64,000 nt of DNA from Saprospiraceae bacterium (lineage in GTDB: Bacteria > Bacteroidota > Bacteroidia > Chitinophagales > Saprospiraceae). Position 1 is the first letter of the stretch, and each line of letters begins with the position of its first letter. Positions 19,801-29,381 of this stretch are shown one piece after another. A program made the position numbers and the translations under genes. Location: positions 18,638-82,637 of the forward strand of contig CBDCTQ010000080.1 of assembly GCA_965222105.1 (NCBI GenBank), in the 5' to 3' direction. The notes under the pieces were generated by a model, which searched no databases, was not told the origin of the DNA, and worked only from the letters and a program-made list of their open reading frames with translations.

Positions 19801-19992
19801 ACGCGCTTTTTTTTCGGCGTCCCTTTGCTCTTCGAGCGACTTTCCTGCTTGTTCGGCCAATTCTTTGGCTTCGGCAGCGCGTGTATCTGCATCACTCTCC
19901 ACCGAACGGGTGGGGATCATGTAGAAGTACTGCAACAAACAGAACAAGGAAAGTACGATCAGGAAGAACTTAACGATTCCTTTACCTTGCAT
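16840..19992 (-). CDS. secDF: Protein translocase subunit SecDF (fused SecD-SecF)
   Basis: 1050 aa with two RND-like 6-TM bundles and periplasmic domains. Typical Bacteroidota fused secDF. Confidence 0.95.
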   Translation of the reverse strand: MQGKGIVKFFLIVLSLFCLLQYFYMIPTRSVESDADTRAAEAKELAEQAGKSLEEQRDAEKKARTSYLDSMSSETIFSIPLLKKYTYEEMKNAQLALGLDLKGGMSVVLQVDLRDFIRSLANDSKDPTIEKAIEKASSQLQNTQSDFITLFARAYKEVGGGSLARPFTSNEILRDEIKIGTSDAEVVRILREKADETVSLTHKRLKERIDELGVIQPNVSLDAARDLIIVELPGISNPERARKFLQTTAKLEFWNVYRVSDRMNNSGLGITQLLAQADDKLRRLSTGDTTEVTDEKEVLSVDSTSTWSYDYDDTGNIIDSHAVVTYDTTFAGDDLLTTTGPLLNLLTLNNSSASGLLMPLTVVGTAEKNKIDKINEYLKDPAVISLLPKDLVFLWSHYPATGYNEYDAESNIYELYAIKKEGINDDDPPLAGDMVTAAGAAPDPTNGQIAVSLRMNGQGANIWGKMTTKAAQDNNREIAIALDDKIVSAPRVINPIMNGNSSITGDFTMTEAEDLSKILQIGKLPAKTKIIQESLVGPSLGAENISRSINSLLIGFGLVLLFMIFYYGSGGVVSIIALFLNLFFIFGMLASFGTVLTLPGIAGIVLTIGMAVDANVIIYERIREELRAGKSLLMSIKDGFQHSYSAIIDANVTTILTAFVLAYFGMGPIKGFAVVLIIGVLCSLFTAVLVGRMIIDWWTVDREKNMTFWTNASKNAFANLNIDWLGKRKIAYGLSLAIILLGIGSMFMRGFDLGVDFKGGYSYNVQFEEGQQVNVEQMRTALKGSFGSAPVVKAVSTANTYNVVTSYLIDSDEEKADSLVMVKLHEGVNAALGGVVNYESFKNPDAVSGAHVTQSSKVGPTIADDIKTSSVYATIFALLLIFLYIFLRFNKWQYSMGAVAALFHDTLVVLAIFSLFWGILPFSLEVDQAFIAAILTVIGYSINDTVVVFDRIREFMNSYTGKTKEEVINMAINSTISRTVITSLTTLFVVAILLFFGGTSIRGFAFALFVGIIVGTYSSVFVATPIMSDLTGDLKAKSAKKRSFSKAAST

Positions 19993-20400
19993 GTTAAAAA
20001 ATTTAGTTATTGAAAAAGGTTTAGAAAAAACTCCGCAAATATACGGCTTTTAAGGTACAAATGCTGGGAAGATCGACGGCAATTCCGTGTTTGGCCCTCA
20101 TTATGGGTTAATCTTGATACAGGGAAGTACTGTCAGTCCTGTAATTTGTCATTTGATTCCGCTTTTAGGTAATTATCGACCAAAAGAACGATTTTCACGA
20201 CAGTGGGTTCCTTTTCCGTCGTGGAAGCCTTTGCAGGCAAAATCCCCATTATCAAAAAAGCTCAAAAATAATTATGCCGATTTGTAGCAATCTGTTGCAT
20301 TTAATTAGCTTTGCACAAAATTGCCATATCAGCTGGCTCAATTGGACATTATTTCATAGTGTCTATTTGGAATAAAATCACTAACTAAATCAGAAAAATT

Positions 20401-20886
20401 ATGGGCTTATTTTCATTTCTAAAAAACTCAGGCGCCAAAATTCTCACCAAAAAAAATGCTAAAGAGGTCGTTACACCTGAAATAAAAAGAATGGAGGAAG
20501 AAATTCTCAATAAACAAAAGATGATCCTGCTCAGAGGCGTCGTCGACAATCTAGGCATCAAAGTCAAAAACATGGACCTGAACTACGACGGCTCCACCGT
20601 AACCATTCACGGACAAGTCAACACTCAGGCCGACCGCGAAAAGGTCATCCTCGCCCTGGGCAATGTGGGTGGAGTATCCAGGGTTGACGACCGCCTCTCC
20701 GTCAAAAAAGAACAGCCCGAAGCGGATTTCTACACCGTAAAACGGGGTGACTCCCTTTCCAAAATCGCCAAACGATACTATGGCGACCCCATGAAGTACA
20801 AGAAAATATTTGAAGCCAATAAACCCATGCTCAAAGATCCGAACCTGATCTATCCCGGGCAGGTGTTGCGGATACCGCAGAAGTGA
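20401..20886 (+). CDS. BON + LysM domain protein (Kbp/YgaU-like)
   Basis: Central BON-like region followed by a C-terminal LysM motif (YTVKRGDSLSKIAKRYYGDPMKYKKIFEANKPMLKDPNLIYPGQVLRIP). Confidence 0.8.
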   Translation: MGLFSFLKNSGAKILTKKNAKEVVTPEIKRMEEEILNKQKMILLRGVVDNLGIKVKNMDLNYDGSTVTIHGQVNTQADREKVILALGNVGGVSRVDDRLSVKKEQPEADFYTVKRGDSLSKIAKRYYGDPMKYKKIFEANKPMLKDPNLIYPGQVLRIPQK

Positions 20887-20911
20887 TTAGAGAGATTATT
20901 GGTTGACTAAT

Positions 20912-20955
20912 TATTGATTAATTGATTATTAAAACACTGATAATCAATTAACAAT
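20912..20955. terminator. Bidirectional AT-rich hairpin between convergent genes
   Basis: attgattaattgattat ... ataatcaattaacaat pair over ~15 of 16 bp (loop aaaacactg). It lies between the 20886 (+) and 20956 (-) stop codons. Confidence 0.5.
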
Positions 20956-21618
20956 CTATAATTCATTAGCCACAATTCCATTTTTCACCGCATAAAGAAC
21001 CAGCTCGGAGGTAGAGCCGATCTTCAGCTTTTTCATAATGTTTTTGCGATGGGTATAGATGGTATGGGTACTGAGATTGAGGTGGGCGGCGATCTCTTTG
21101 GCGATCAGGCCTTTGGCAACGAGTTGGACGATCTCTATCTCGCGGGTGGTCAGGGGCATCGGGTCGCAGTTGCCTTCTTTGTCGGGGAATGACTTTTCGA
21201 AAATGTAATCCATCACCCGGCTGCAAAAGAATTTTTCGCCTTTAGCGGTGCTCATCACGGCATCGATGATCTCGGAAGAGTCGCATTCTTTAGTCAGAAA
21301 ACTTTTCACACCGTGTTCGAGGGCCTGATAGATGGTTTGCCGATTTTCGTCGGCGCTGATTACAAGTAGTTCCGTTTCCGGAAAACGGGATTTAATGGTC
21401 CGGATGGTACTTAGGTCAAAATAACCGGGTTGGTTGTAGTCCAGGATGAGGACATCGACCGCTTTGTGGGCCATCATGTGTAGCAACTCTTTTTCATTTT
21501 TGACGTCCCCCACTATTTCAAAACGGACATCGGTGGAGAGCATAGCCCTCAGACCCGCCCGGATGAGGTATTGGCCGTCGGCTATACAAATAGAGGTTGT
21601 TTTAATGGTGGATGTCAT
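20956..21618 (-). CDS. Two-component response regulator, NarL/FixJ (LuxR-type HTH) family; no adjacent histidine kinase
   Basis: N-terminal receiver domain (phospho-acceptor Asp in ...VDVLILDYNQPG...). C-terminal LuxR HTH (LTTREIEIVQLVAKGLIAKEIAAHLNLSTHTIYTHRKNIMKKL). Confidence 0.85.
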   Translation of the reverse strand: MTSTIKTTSICIADGQYLIRAGLRAMLSTDVRFEIVGDVKNEKELLHMMAHKAVDVLILDYNQPGYFDLSTIRTIKSRFPETELLVISADENRQTIYQALEHGVKSFLTKECDSSEIIDAVMSTAKGEKFFCSRVMDYIFEKSFPDKEGNCDPMPLTTREIEIVQLVAKGLIAKEIAAHLNLSTHTIYTHRKNIMKKLKIGSTSELVLYAVKNGIVANEL

Positions 21619-21896
21619 TTGTCGATTGCTTAACTAGACAAAATCTAAATAACGATTGCGCAGCGAAGATAGTGCTAAATCGGGGTTTGGCAAAATGGAT
21701 CGGGATTTGTTTCGACGCCTATTTTGCTTTCCCAATGCGGTAATGCTGTATAAACATCGTACATTTGTATATGTTGTGGTTATATGATTTTGGTTTTTCG
21801 ACATCTGCCTGCTCCCGATACGTATTGGGGTGGGCTATCAGAGGATTTCTCAACGAAGGATGCTTTTGAAGCATCGATTTTAAAAGCTAACAGTTA

Positions 21897-23069
21897 ATGT
21901 CCAAAGACTATAAATACGATCTACGGGGAGTATCGGCCACCAAGGCAGAAGTCCACGCCGCCATTCAACATCTCGACAAGGGGCTCTACCCGAATGCTTT
22001 TTGCAAAATACTGCCCGACATTGCCGGGGGCGACTCCGATTGGTGCAACCTCATGCATGCCGATACTGCCGGCACCAAAACGAGTCTGGCCTGGCTTTAC
22101 TGGAAAGAAACCGGCGACCTCTCCGTATGGGACGGCATCGCGCAGGACGCCATCGTGATGAACCTCGACGATATGGCCTGTGTGGGCTGTGTAGATGACA
22201 TCGTTTTGTCGTCGACCATCGGGCGCAATAAAAACGCCGTACCGGGTGCCGTCATCAGCCGAATCATCAACGCCGCCCAATCATTTCTGGAACGGTTGTC
22301 CAACCACGGCATTTCGGTACACCTGGCCGGCGGCGAAACGGCCGACGTGGGCGACATCGTCCGCACCATAGATGTAGGCTACACCGCCTTCGCCCGTATG
22401 CGCCGCGACCAATTGATCGTCAACGACATCCAACCCGGCGACGTGATCGTTGGGCTGGCTTCTGACGGAAAAGCCACCTACGAAGACCAATACAACGCCG
22501 GCACCGGCAGCAACGGTCTGACCTCGGCCCGACACGATCTCCTCCACACCGATTACGCCCGCCAATATCCGGAGAGCTTCGACCCCAGTATGCCGGAAGC
22601 CGTCCGCTACATCGGCCAACACCGACTCACCGATGCCCTCTCCTTCGACGGAGTCACCACCGATGTAGGCCGCCTGATCCTGTCCCCTACGCGAACCTAC
22701 CTGCCGGTATTGAAAAAACTGTTCGACCACCACCGGCCCACCATTCACGGATTGATCCATTGCACCGGAGGAGGGCAGACGAAGGTGGGCAAGTTCATTC
22801 AAAAAGGCAGGGTGGTAAAGGACCATCTTTTTGAGCCGCCTTTCTTATTCAAAATGATACAGGAAGAATCTAAAACATCCTGGCGGGAAATGTATCAGGT
22901 GTACAATATGGGTCACCGGTTGGAGTTTTATTTACCGAAAGGGGAAGCAGACACAGTCATAGAAACGGCCCGCAGCTTTGGCGTCGAAGCGCAAATTGTA
23001 GGGCGGGTGGAGCCATCCGACCATCCGGCAGTAGTGATAGATACTCCCGGCGGCAGCTTTACGTATTGA
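21897..23069 (+). CDS. AIR synthase-related (PurM-like) protein
   Basis: Collinear with PurM motifs: ADTAGTKT, GGETAD, GLASDG...SNGLTSARHDL, LIHCTGGG, MYQVYNMGHRLE. It is not purM itself because it has a different N-terminus. Confidence 0.7.
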   Translation: MSKDYKYDLRGVSATKAEVHAAIQHLDKGLYPNAFCKILPDIAGGDSDWCNLMHADTAGTKTSLAWLYWKETGDLSVWDGIAQDAIVMNLDDMACVGCVDDIVLSSTIGRNKNAVPGAVISRIINAAQSFLERLSNHGISVHLAGGETADVGDIVRTIDVGYTAFARMRRDQLIVNDIQPGDVIVGLASDGKATYEDQYNAGTGSNGLTSARHDLLHTDYARQYPESFDPSMPEAVRYIGQHRLTDALSFDGVTTDVGRLILSPTRTYLPVLKKLFDHHRPTIHGLIHCTGGGQTKVGKFIQKGRVVKDHLFEPPFLFKMIQEESKTSWREMYQVYNMGHRLEFYLPKGEADTVIETARSFGVEAQIVGRVEPSDHPAVVIDTPGGSFTY

Positions 23070-23171
23070 TGTATTGATATTGTTTTAAAAAACAGCAGCT
23101 TCTGGCCAAATTGTATTTTTATACAACAACCTGCCAGACATAACAGATAAAGATAGCCCTTTAGCTAATCG

Positions 23172-24434
23172 ATGAGACTACTAATTTTTCTTCTACTTTG
23201 TTCCGCGACATTGACGGCACAGGATATCCCTGCCGACGATGAGGGAAAACGGACACAGATTTCGGGTACGCTCCGGAATGTGACCGCTCCCGCTGTGGGG
23301 ATCACCTTTTTCAGCGATCTGATCTCCCTGGCCGAAGAACTGTATCAGGTGCCCATCGATTCGACCGACCGCTTCTCCATGCGTTTCCGCCTCCACGAAC
23401 CCACACAGATACGGCTGAATTACAACGGGCAAAGCATCCGCCTATACATTGAACCGGGCGACGATATCCAACTCCGTTTCGACGGAAATGCCCTTGCCTC
23501 CACTCTGGTTATAAAAGGCATCGGTGCGCTGCACAACGATTTTCTACAACAAGAGCATCGTCTGTTCAACCAATGGAATGAAGAACAACTGCTCTACGAA
23601 ATGGCGGACCGTACTCCCCTGGATTTTCGCGGATACATGGACGCCCAACGGCGGCAGCGGTGGTCTTTCTTTCGGCAATTTCCGGGAAGAAGTAAATTTT
23701 CAGACGACTTTCGCTACTTTATGGCTGCCGACATTGACTATGGGTGGGGCTATTATCTGTTGCGCTACCGGCTGGAACACTACGTAGCCCAGGGATTGAA
23801 AGAAGCCCCCATGCCCGACCCCTACTATCATTTTTTGAACGACCTGGTGATCAGCAACGACCGGGCCATGAACAATCCCAATTATCTCTACTTCCTAGAC
23901 CAATACCTGCGCTTCCGCCAGGAATGCGATACCCTGCCCATAGTCGAACCCGTCAACATTCTGGTTGACGTGCCCAGCTTGTTTATGATGTCCAAACCCG
24001 AACAACCACCCATCGTCACCGAACTCAAAAAAGGCGACCGGCTCCGGTTTTTGAACGAAAAGTCGGACTTCAAATCGAAGATAATGATCCGCGAAGCCCT
24101 CCACGAAGACCACTGGTACAGGGTCAAAACCGGAGATGGACACGAAGGGTGGGTCATTGGTGTAGGGCTATTGTTTGAACCAACCCCAACCCCGGATACT
24201 ACCGGCACCGGACCACCTAAACTCAAAAGCCAAAGCCAATATGCCAGGGAGTTGCTCAAAGGAAAAGCCCTTTATTACACCCTGGCCAACGACCTATACT
24301 GGCGCGCACACACACACGCCACTCGAAGACATGGAGCGGGAGGTGGAGTCATTTGTTTTGCTCAACCCGATCAAAGCCTACGATCAGATATTGCAGCACA
24401 CGCTTCACACGGCCCAGATGAAGGTGAATCCTGA
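23172..24434 (+). CDS. Secreted hypothetical protein with C-terminal SH3b-like domain; 3' end uncertain
   Basis: Signal peptide MRLLIFLLLCSATLTAQ. WYRVKTGDGHEGWVIGVGLL resembles bacterial SH3. The tail after ~24290 switches frame relative to neighbouring protein-like ORFs. Confidence 0.55.
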   Translation: MRLLIFLLLCSATLTAQDIPADDEGKRTQISGTLRNVTAPAVGITFFSDLISLAEELYQVPIDSTDRFSMRFRLHEPTQIRLNYNGQSIRLYIEPGDDIQLRFDGNALASTLVIKGIGALHNDFLQQEHRLFNQWNEEQLLYEMADRTPLDFRGYMDAQRRQRWSFFRQFPGRSKFSDDFRYFMAADIDYGWGYYLLRYRLEHYVAQGLKEAPMPDPYYHFLNDLVISNDRAMNNPNYLYFLDQYLRFRQECDTLPIVEPVNILVDVPSLFMMSKPEQPPIVTELKKGDRLRFLNEKSDFKSKIMIREALHEDHWYRVKTGDGHEGWVIGVGLLFEPTPTPDTTGTGPPKLKSQSQYARELLKGKALYYTLANDLYWRAHTHATRRHGAGGGVICFAQPDQSLRSDIAAHASHGPDEGES

Positions 24435-24439
24435 CGTGA

Positions 24440-26060
24440 CCTATGGCGCAACCAACTATCGAATCATCGACGAACCCGGAAATGCTGACAAAAAAAAGGA
24501 AGGAGCAGGTCGTCATGAATTTTCCCGTTTCCGAAAAAAGCAGCGAAGCAAAAACAACGGCAACAGTTGCCCCCGACGAATTGCTCCAAGTACTCAACAC
24601 AATTGTACAACAGAACATGTCGCAAGACAGTCAACAGACCCGGGTCGATACCAACCAGGCAGTCGTGGCTTCTGTTTCCTCCACCCCACCTACCTCTGTT
24701 TTATCATCACCACTAGGCACAGAATTCCTCCGATATACCCTTGCCGGAAGAGGAGCGGCCTTCGTTCGCCCCTTCACTTGCTCGGGTAGTATACAAAACC
24801 ATACGGGTAAATCGTTGAAGTTGGTTTTGTATGCCGACCCCATCAGTTGTGCAGAGGATGGCCCATGACGTGGTGGTGGGGCCGACATGGCAAGTTTGAG
24901 TTGATCCACCAACTGTCGGAGCCGCAAATCGGTTATTTGGTCTATGGCCCCGAAAAACAACCCGTTATACATCGAGCCGGGCAATCAAATCGACATCCGG
25001 TTCAATGGGTTGCAATTTGAAAAGACCCTGCATTTTAGCGGAAGCGGCATGCCTCCCCAACAATTATTTGCTGGCTAAAGCCAAACGCTTCCACGACGAG
25101 GAAGACCAGCTCCGCCAACAGATGAAAGACCTCGCTCCTCCTGATTTTCTCGCTTTCATGAATCGGGAGCGAACCACCCGCATGGAAGTTTTAGGCAACT
25201 ACCAAAGCAACTACACTTTTTCCTCCGCTTTTGCCGCTTACGCCAAAGCTGCCATCGACCTATTGGTATGCCTATCAGTTGATGAATTACCCCTGGGAGC
25301 ATCCCCTCTACCACGACCAGGAAGCCCCTTATGGATTTGCCGGGAAGGCGTATTACGATTTTCTCAACAACCTGGATATCTCCAACAGCCAGGCCCTTCC
25401 CAATCAACAATACGCTTACTTTCTGGATCAATACTTCGACTACCTCTCCGACCTTCCCGAAAACAATGATCTTACGAGATTACAACTGGCCGAACAATAT
25501 CTCTACGGTGATGTGCTCAACTATTACAAAGCCCGCCGCTACACCATCGCCTGCCGCCGGGGCAATGCCAAAGCTACCGGACCGGTCATCCGGGATTTCA
25601 TTGCCAATTGCGACAACGAACTCTACAATCGACGTACTCCGGCGCGCCTACAACGAAGCCAAAGGACTCACCAACGGCGCTGAGGCTCCGGCGTTCCGCC
25701 TCAAAGGATGCCAGCGGAAAGCTCGTCCAACTGAGCGACTTCCGGGGAAAAATCGTTTACCTCGACTTTTGGGCCAGTTGGTGTTCGCCCTGCGTCATGC
25801 AAATTCGCAACAGCCGCGAATGGAAGGTCGCGCTTCAAAGATAAGGACGTGGCCTTCGTGTACATCTCTCTCGACAAGGACCCCGCTGCCTGGCGCAATT
25901 TCATAAAAACCATGGACCCCAACGGCATTTACCTCATCGCCGATTCGGGAGATGTGTACCAGTCCAAAATCGCGCTGCGCTAACCACGTCAAGCGATTAC
26001 CCACGGTGTTTTTGCTGGACAAAAAGGGGAAGATTTATTTTAATTCCGCCAAATGATACG
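24440..26060 (+). pseudogene. Frameshift-shredded paralog of the upstream gene fused to a TlpA-like thiol:disulfide oxidoreductase domain
   Basis: Protein-like segments alternate across all three + frames. One segment (YIEPGNQIDIRFNGLQFEKTLHFSGSG) is paralogous to IRLYIEPGDDIQLRFDGNAL in the upstream gene. Further segments: [34 protein letters not shown] (TlpA CxxC), DVAFVYISLDKDPAAWRNFI, YQVPTVFLLDKKGKIYFNS. At least 4 frameshifts and 1 in-frame stop. Confidence 0.55.
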
Positions 26061-26132
26061 GCTCAGCTCCGGCTCTCCGAGATGATCCAGGAATTTGTTA
26101 TTGTCTAATTAGATTTTTGTTGAATAAAGCCA

Positions 26133-27074
26133 TTGATATTTTCTATACCTTCGCGCCATGTTCGAGGAGGTAAAAAGGTCGGTTTGGGTTCTTTTGAATT
26201 GCTGGAATTGCGGAGCCTGGCTGGCAGCCATTCGATGAAAGTGGTCCCTGGTTTTGGTGCTACCCTGGTGGGTCTGCAACTCAACGGGCACAACTTGTTG
26301 GATGCCTACACCTCGGAGTCGGAAATGCTGGCTTACAAATGGATGAAAAGTGCATTGCTATTCCCTTTTCCCAACCGGTTGAAAAACGGCACCTATATCT
26401 GGAACAACGACACCTACCATTTTCACATCAACGACGCCATCACCGGCAATGCCCTTCATGGTTTCGGGATGGATAAGCCTTTTGAAGTTGTACAAACAAA
26501 GCTGAATGGTGATTATGCCAGTCTGACTTGCCGGTACGAACACAATGGCGAGCTGCCCGCTTATCCTTTTCCCTTTACCGTGGAGGCGAGTTATAGCTTC
26601 GACCGTGAGGGAGCATTCAATTTCCAGTTGTTTTTTTACAACGACGGCCCTACCGCCATTCCCGTGGGACTGGGCTGGCATCCATATTTTCAGTTGAATG
26701 AAGATATTTCGAGGCTGAAAATGCAACTGCCCCGTTGTGAGATGATCGGCATCGACCAGTATATGATCCCCACCGGCAAGCAATACGAATACGATGAGTT
26801 TGCCAGTTTGCGCAAAATCGGTGCAACCGTACTCGACAATTGTTTTGAAGTGGCTCGCAACCCGGACCCCACCGACGAAGAAGTGCTGCTCCAGTCAGAC
26901 CACCTCCACCTCCGCTATTGGCAACGAACCGGGCCGCGGGCCTTCAATTTCCTACAGATATTTACCCATCCCGACCGGCACGCCATCGCCCTCGAACCCA
27001 TGAGCTGCAATATCAATGCCTTCAACAACGGGGAGGGCTGGCCGTACTGCTTCCCGGTGAAAAACTGGACCTGA
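26133..27074 (+). CDS. Aldose 1-epimerase family protein (galactose mutarotase-like)
   Basis: GSFELLELRSLAGSHSMKVVPGFGATLVGL...HGFG...WHPYFQL motifs of the aldose epimerase fold. TTG start at 26133; the exact start is uncertain. Confidence 0.75.
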   Translation: MIFSIPSRHVRGGKKVGLGSFELLELRSLAGSHSMKVVPGFGATLVGLQLNGHNLLDAYTSESEMLAYKWMKSALLFPFPNRLKNGTYIWNNDTYHFHINDAITGNALHGFGMDKPFEVVQTKLNGDYASLTCRYEHNGELPAYPFPFTVEASYSFDREGAFNFQLFFYNDGPTAIPVGLGWHPYFQLNEDISRLKMQLPRCEMIGIDQYMIPTGKQYEYDEFASLRKIGATVLDNCFEVARNPDPTDEEVLLQSDHLHLRYWQRTGPRAFNFLQIFTHPDRHAIALEPMSCNINAFNNGEGWPYCFPVKNWT

Positions 27075-27148
27075 TCTGTGGGTTGGAGGCAACTAACCCC
27101 GGTTGATTTTCGTAGTAATCAAGATACATTTTACAGACCAAAATACCC

Positions 27149-27769
27149 ATGTCCATATTATCCAATGAAGAGCGGGCCAATGTGTGGACCCATGCACTGG
27201 CCATCCCTTTTTGCATTCTCGGAAGCATCTGGCTGCTGTGGGGCAGCCACGTCAACCAAGCGGTGTATATCGGGTTGTGGGTGTATTGTATTTCGCTGAC
27301 AGCGGTCTACATCATTTCCACCTTATACCATTATCAGACGAAGCCTCGTCTAAAGCATTTTTTTCGGGTGGTCGACCACATCGCCATTTATTTCCTGATA
27401 GCAGGTACGCATACTCCATTTCTGTTGCTTTACCTCACCGATACTTATGGGCAGTGCTTTCTGGCGGGGCTGTGGTTGGTGGTCGTTTTCGGCATGGTGT
27501 TCAAAATCCGGTATGTAGGTGAATACGAGGGGTTTTCCGTTTTTCTGTATTTGGCTATGGGGTGGTCGGCGGTGTTTACCTTGCCCTATATCTGGCATCA
27601 GTTTCCTGAAAATGCATTGTTGTGGATATTCATAGGTGGGGTATCTTACACAGTCGGTGGAATATTTTATATGCTCGATCAATTGCCGTACAACCATGCT
27701 CTCTGGCATGTTTTTGTGATTGGAGGGAGCCTGGGGCATTTTTGGGCGGTTTGGTTGTGTGTGGCTTAA
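27149..27769 (+). CDS. Hemolysin III / PAQR family membrane protein
   Basis: 206 aa with 7 predicted TM segments and conserved NVWTH...H...HxxxH motifs of the HlyIII family. Confidence 0.9.
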   Translation: MSILSNEERANVWTHALAIPFCILGSIWLLWGSHVNQAVYIGLWVYCISLTAVYIISTLYHYQTKPRLKHFFRVVDHIAIYFLIAGTHTPFLLLYLTDTYGQCFLAGLWLVVVFGMVFKIRYVGEYEGFSVFLYLAMGWSAVFTLPYIWHQFPENALLWIFIGGVSYTVGGIFYMLDQLPYNHALWHVFVIGGSLGHFWAVWLCVA

Positions 27770-27869
27770 TGACTGGAGTCAAAACCGTAGATTGATACCT
27801 GCCAGAATACTGGTTTGAGACTGATGAGTGGTGAGTCGGGCATTTTCCAGAACAGGTGTAAGACTTCTG

Positions 27870-29381
27870 TTATATTGTGGTTCCAGATAAAGATCGATGG
27901 TTTTGGTAGGCCGATACGCGATTTTGCAATCCTGCTCCCATATCCAGTCTGTTTTTTTTGAGTGATGGGTGCATGGTATGTATTCTGGTTCGTTCTGGCC
28001 GCAAATTGGGATGTGGGCTCCTCTGTGCGAGATCGAAGCTGCGCCGGTGTTTTTGCAGGTGAGACAGCACCATACCTACGGAACTGCTCAGAGCAAATTT
28101 TCCACCATCAAGGAGGGTATACCGGACGGACAAGGGGATTTGGAGGTGGGTATTCGTCATTTCGTCCTTTATTTCCATGCCAACCCGGGTGCCGTTGGGA
28201 ATGGTTTGGTCGGGCCGCCGGGAGAATGGAACGTCTATGGGTACATCTCCGTAGCTGGTACGCAGTTCTGTGGAGTAAGTAGTTTCGAGGCGGCCATCGG
28301 CAGTGGTGGTTTCCGCAGCCGGGTCATAGCGGAATGACAAGTCGTGATGGCGTCGGCTGGTCTGTTGCATCCATCCCAGACCGCTCTCCAATGACCATCG
28401 GTCGCTGATCTGCCAACCCAAGCGCAAACCAGCGGTAAAAGCATACTTATTGTCGATATTTTTGTTGATCGGTTCTCCGCTTTTGGTTTTGGCAATCGCC
28501 TTTGTAAAGGCGGGGCCTGCCCAGATACCGGCATACCATTTCTTTTTTTGCGGAAGCGGTATAGGGTCGGTGTGCCTTAACTGTCCTTTGGCCTTTGGCC
28601 CCGGCACACTGAGTAAGGGGTGAGTCTGGGTTGGGGCTAACACAAAAGTCGATGTTGCTTCTTTTTCGAAGGGGAAAGCCTTTTGCCCTACCAGTGGTTT
28701 GGATTTGGATCCGTTAAGGGCCTGGGGTGACTTTTGGCCTTTGTTTTCTTTCATTAGTTGTTTTTCCTGGGGACTTATCTTGTTTGTCTTCGTTGGTTTT
28801 GATTTTTCCAACTGCTGGGTGGGCTTGGTTGTTGGCGTAGGTGTCTTCTGTGATGAGTTTGGGATATTTTTAGATTCGGGTTTGTTGGTTGATTTTGTAG
28901 TACTATTGTTAATCGTCGTTGTTTTTTGTTGTTGGTTAGTGGCTTTTTCATTGGTATCGTGTGGCGGTTCTGAGGAAGGTGTTTCCAGGTCGGGAAGCAG
29001 GATGGTCGACTCTTTTAGTGCCTTTTCTGTAGGGTGCTGCTTTATTTCATCGGGGAGTTGGTTCAACTGGTCTGCCTGGCGGGCAAGTTGTTGCTCAAGG
29101 GTGCTTATTTTGTGGTGTGAGTAGATGGCGATACCAGCTACCATCAGTAAGAGTATGGTAGCAGCGATGGCCCAGAGGTGTCGCCGCAGGGGTCTGCGGA
29201 CGGGCTGTTTGGGAGCCGGTAGTTGATCGGCGATGCCTTCCCAGACGGCGTGGGAGGGCAGGTCCCAGTTGGTGGAGCCTGGCTGGCTGGGGTTGTCGTT
29301 CAGGCCTTTTTGGAAGAACTGTTCCAGATTGTCGTTGGGTTTATTTTTTTTCATATGTTGGATTTTCATCGCGCTTCGCAC
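27870..29381 (-). CDS. Membrane-spanning anti-sigma factor-like protein with low-complexity linker and C-terminal outer-membrane beta-barrel-like domain
   Basis: Located immediately downstream of the ECF sigma gene on the same strand. Cytoplasmic N-domain, one TM helix (WAIAATILLLMVAGIAIY), T/K/P/Q-rich linker, C-terminal ~200 aa rich in alternating beta-strand patterns. Start codon ambiguous: GTG at 29381, ATG at 29369 or ATG at 29354. Confidence 0.6.
   Translation of the reverse strand: MRSAMKIQHMKKNKPNDNLEQFFQKGLNDNPSQPGSTNWDLPSHAVWEGIADQLPAPKQPVRRPLRRHLWAIAATILLLMVAGIAIYSHHKISTLEQQLARQADQLNQLPDEIKQHPTEKALKESTILLPDLETPSSEPPHDTNEKATNQQQKTTTINNSTTKSTNKPESKNIPNSSQKTPTPTTKPTQQLEKSKPTKTNKISPQEKQLMKENKGQKSPQALNGSKSKPLVGQKAFPFEKEATSTFVLAPTQTHPLLSVPGPKAKGQLRHTDPIPLPQKKKWYAGIWAGPAFTKAIAKTKSGEPINKNIDNKYAFTAGLRLGWQISDRWSLESGLGWMQQTSRRHHDLSFRYDPAAETTTADGRLETTYSTELRTSYGDVPIDVPFSRRPDQTIPNGTRVGMEIKDEMTNTHLQIPLSVRYTLLDGGKFALSSSVGMVLSHLQKHRRSFDLAQRSPHPNLRPERTRIHTMHPSLKKNRLDMGAGLQNRVSAYQNHRSLSGTTI

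Noticed and set aside
24301-24320. gcgcacacacacacgcc simple-sequence tract as a phase-variation switch
   Set aside because: Only about four CA units, too short for reliable slipped-strand variation. It is noted only as a possible indel hotspot in the shredded region.
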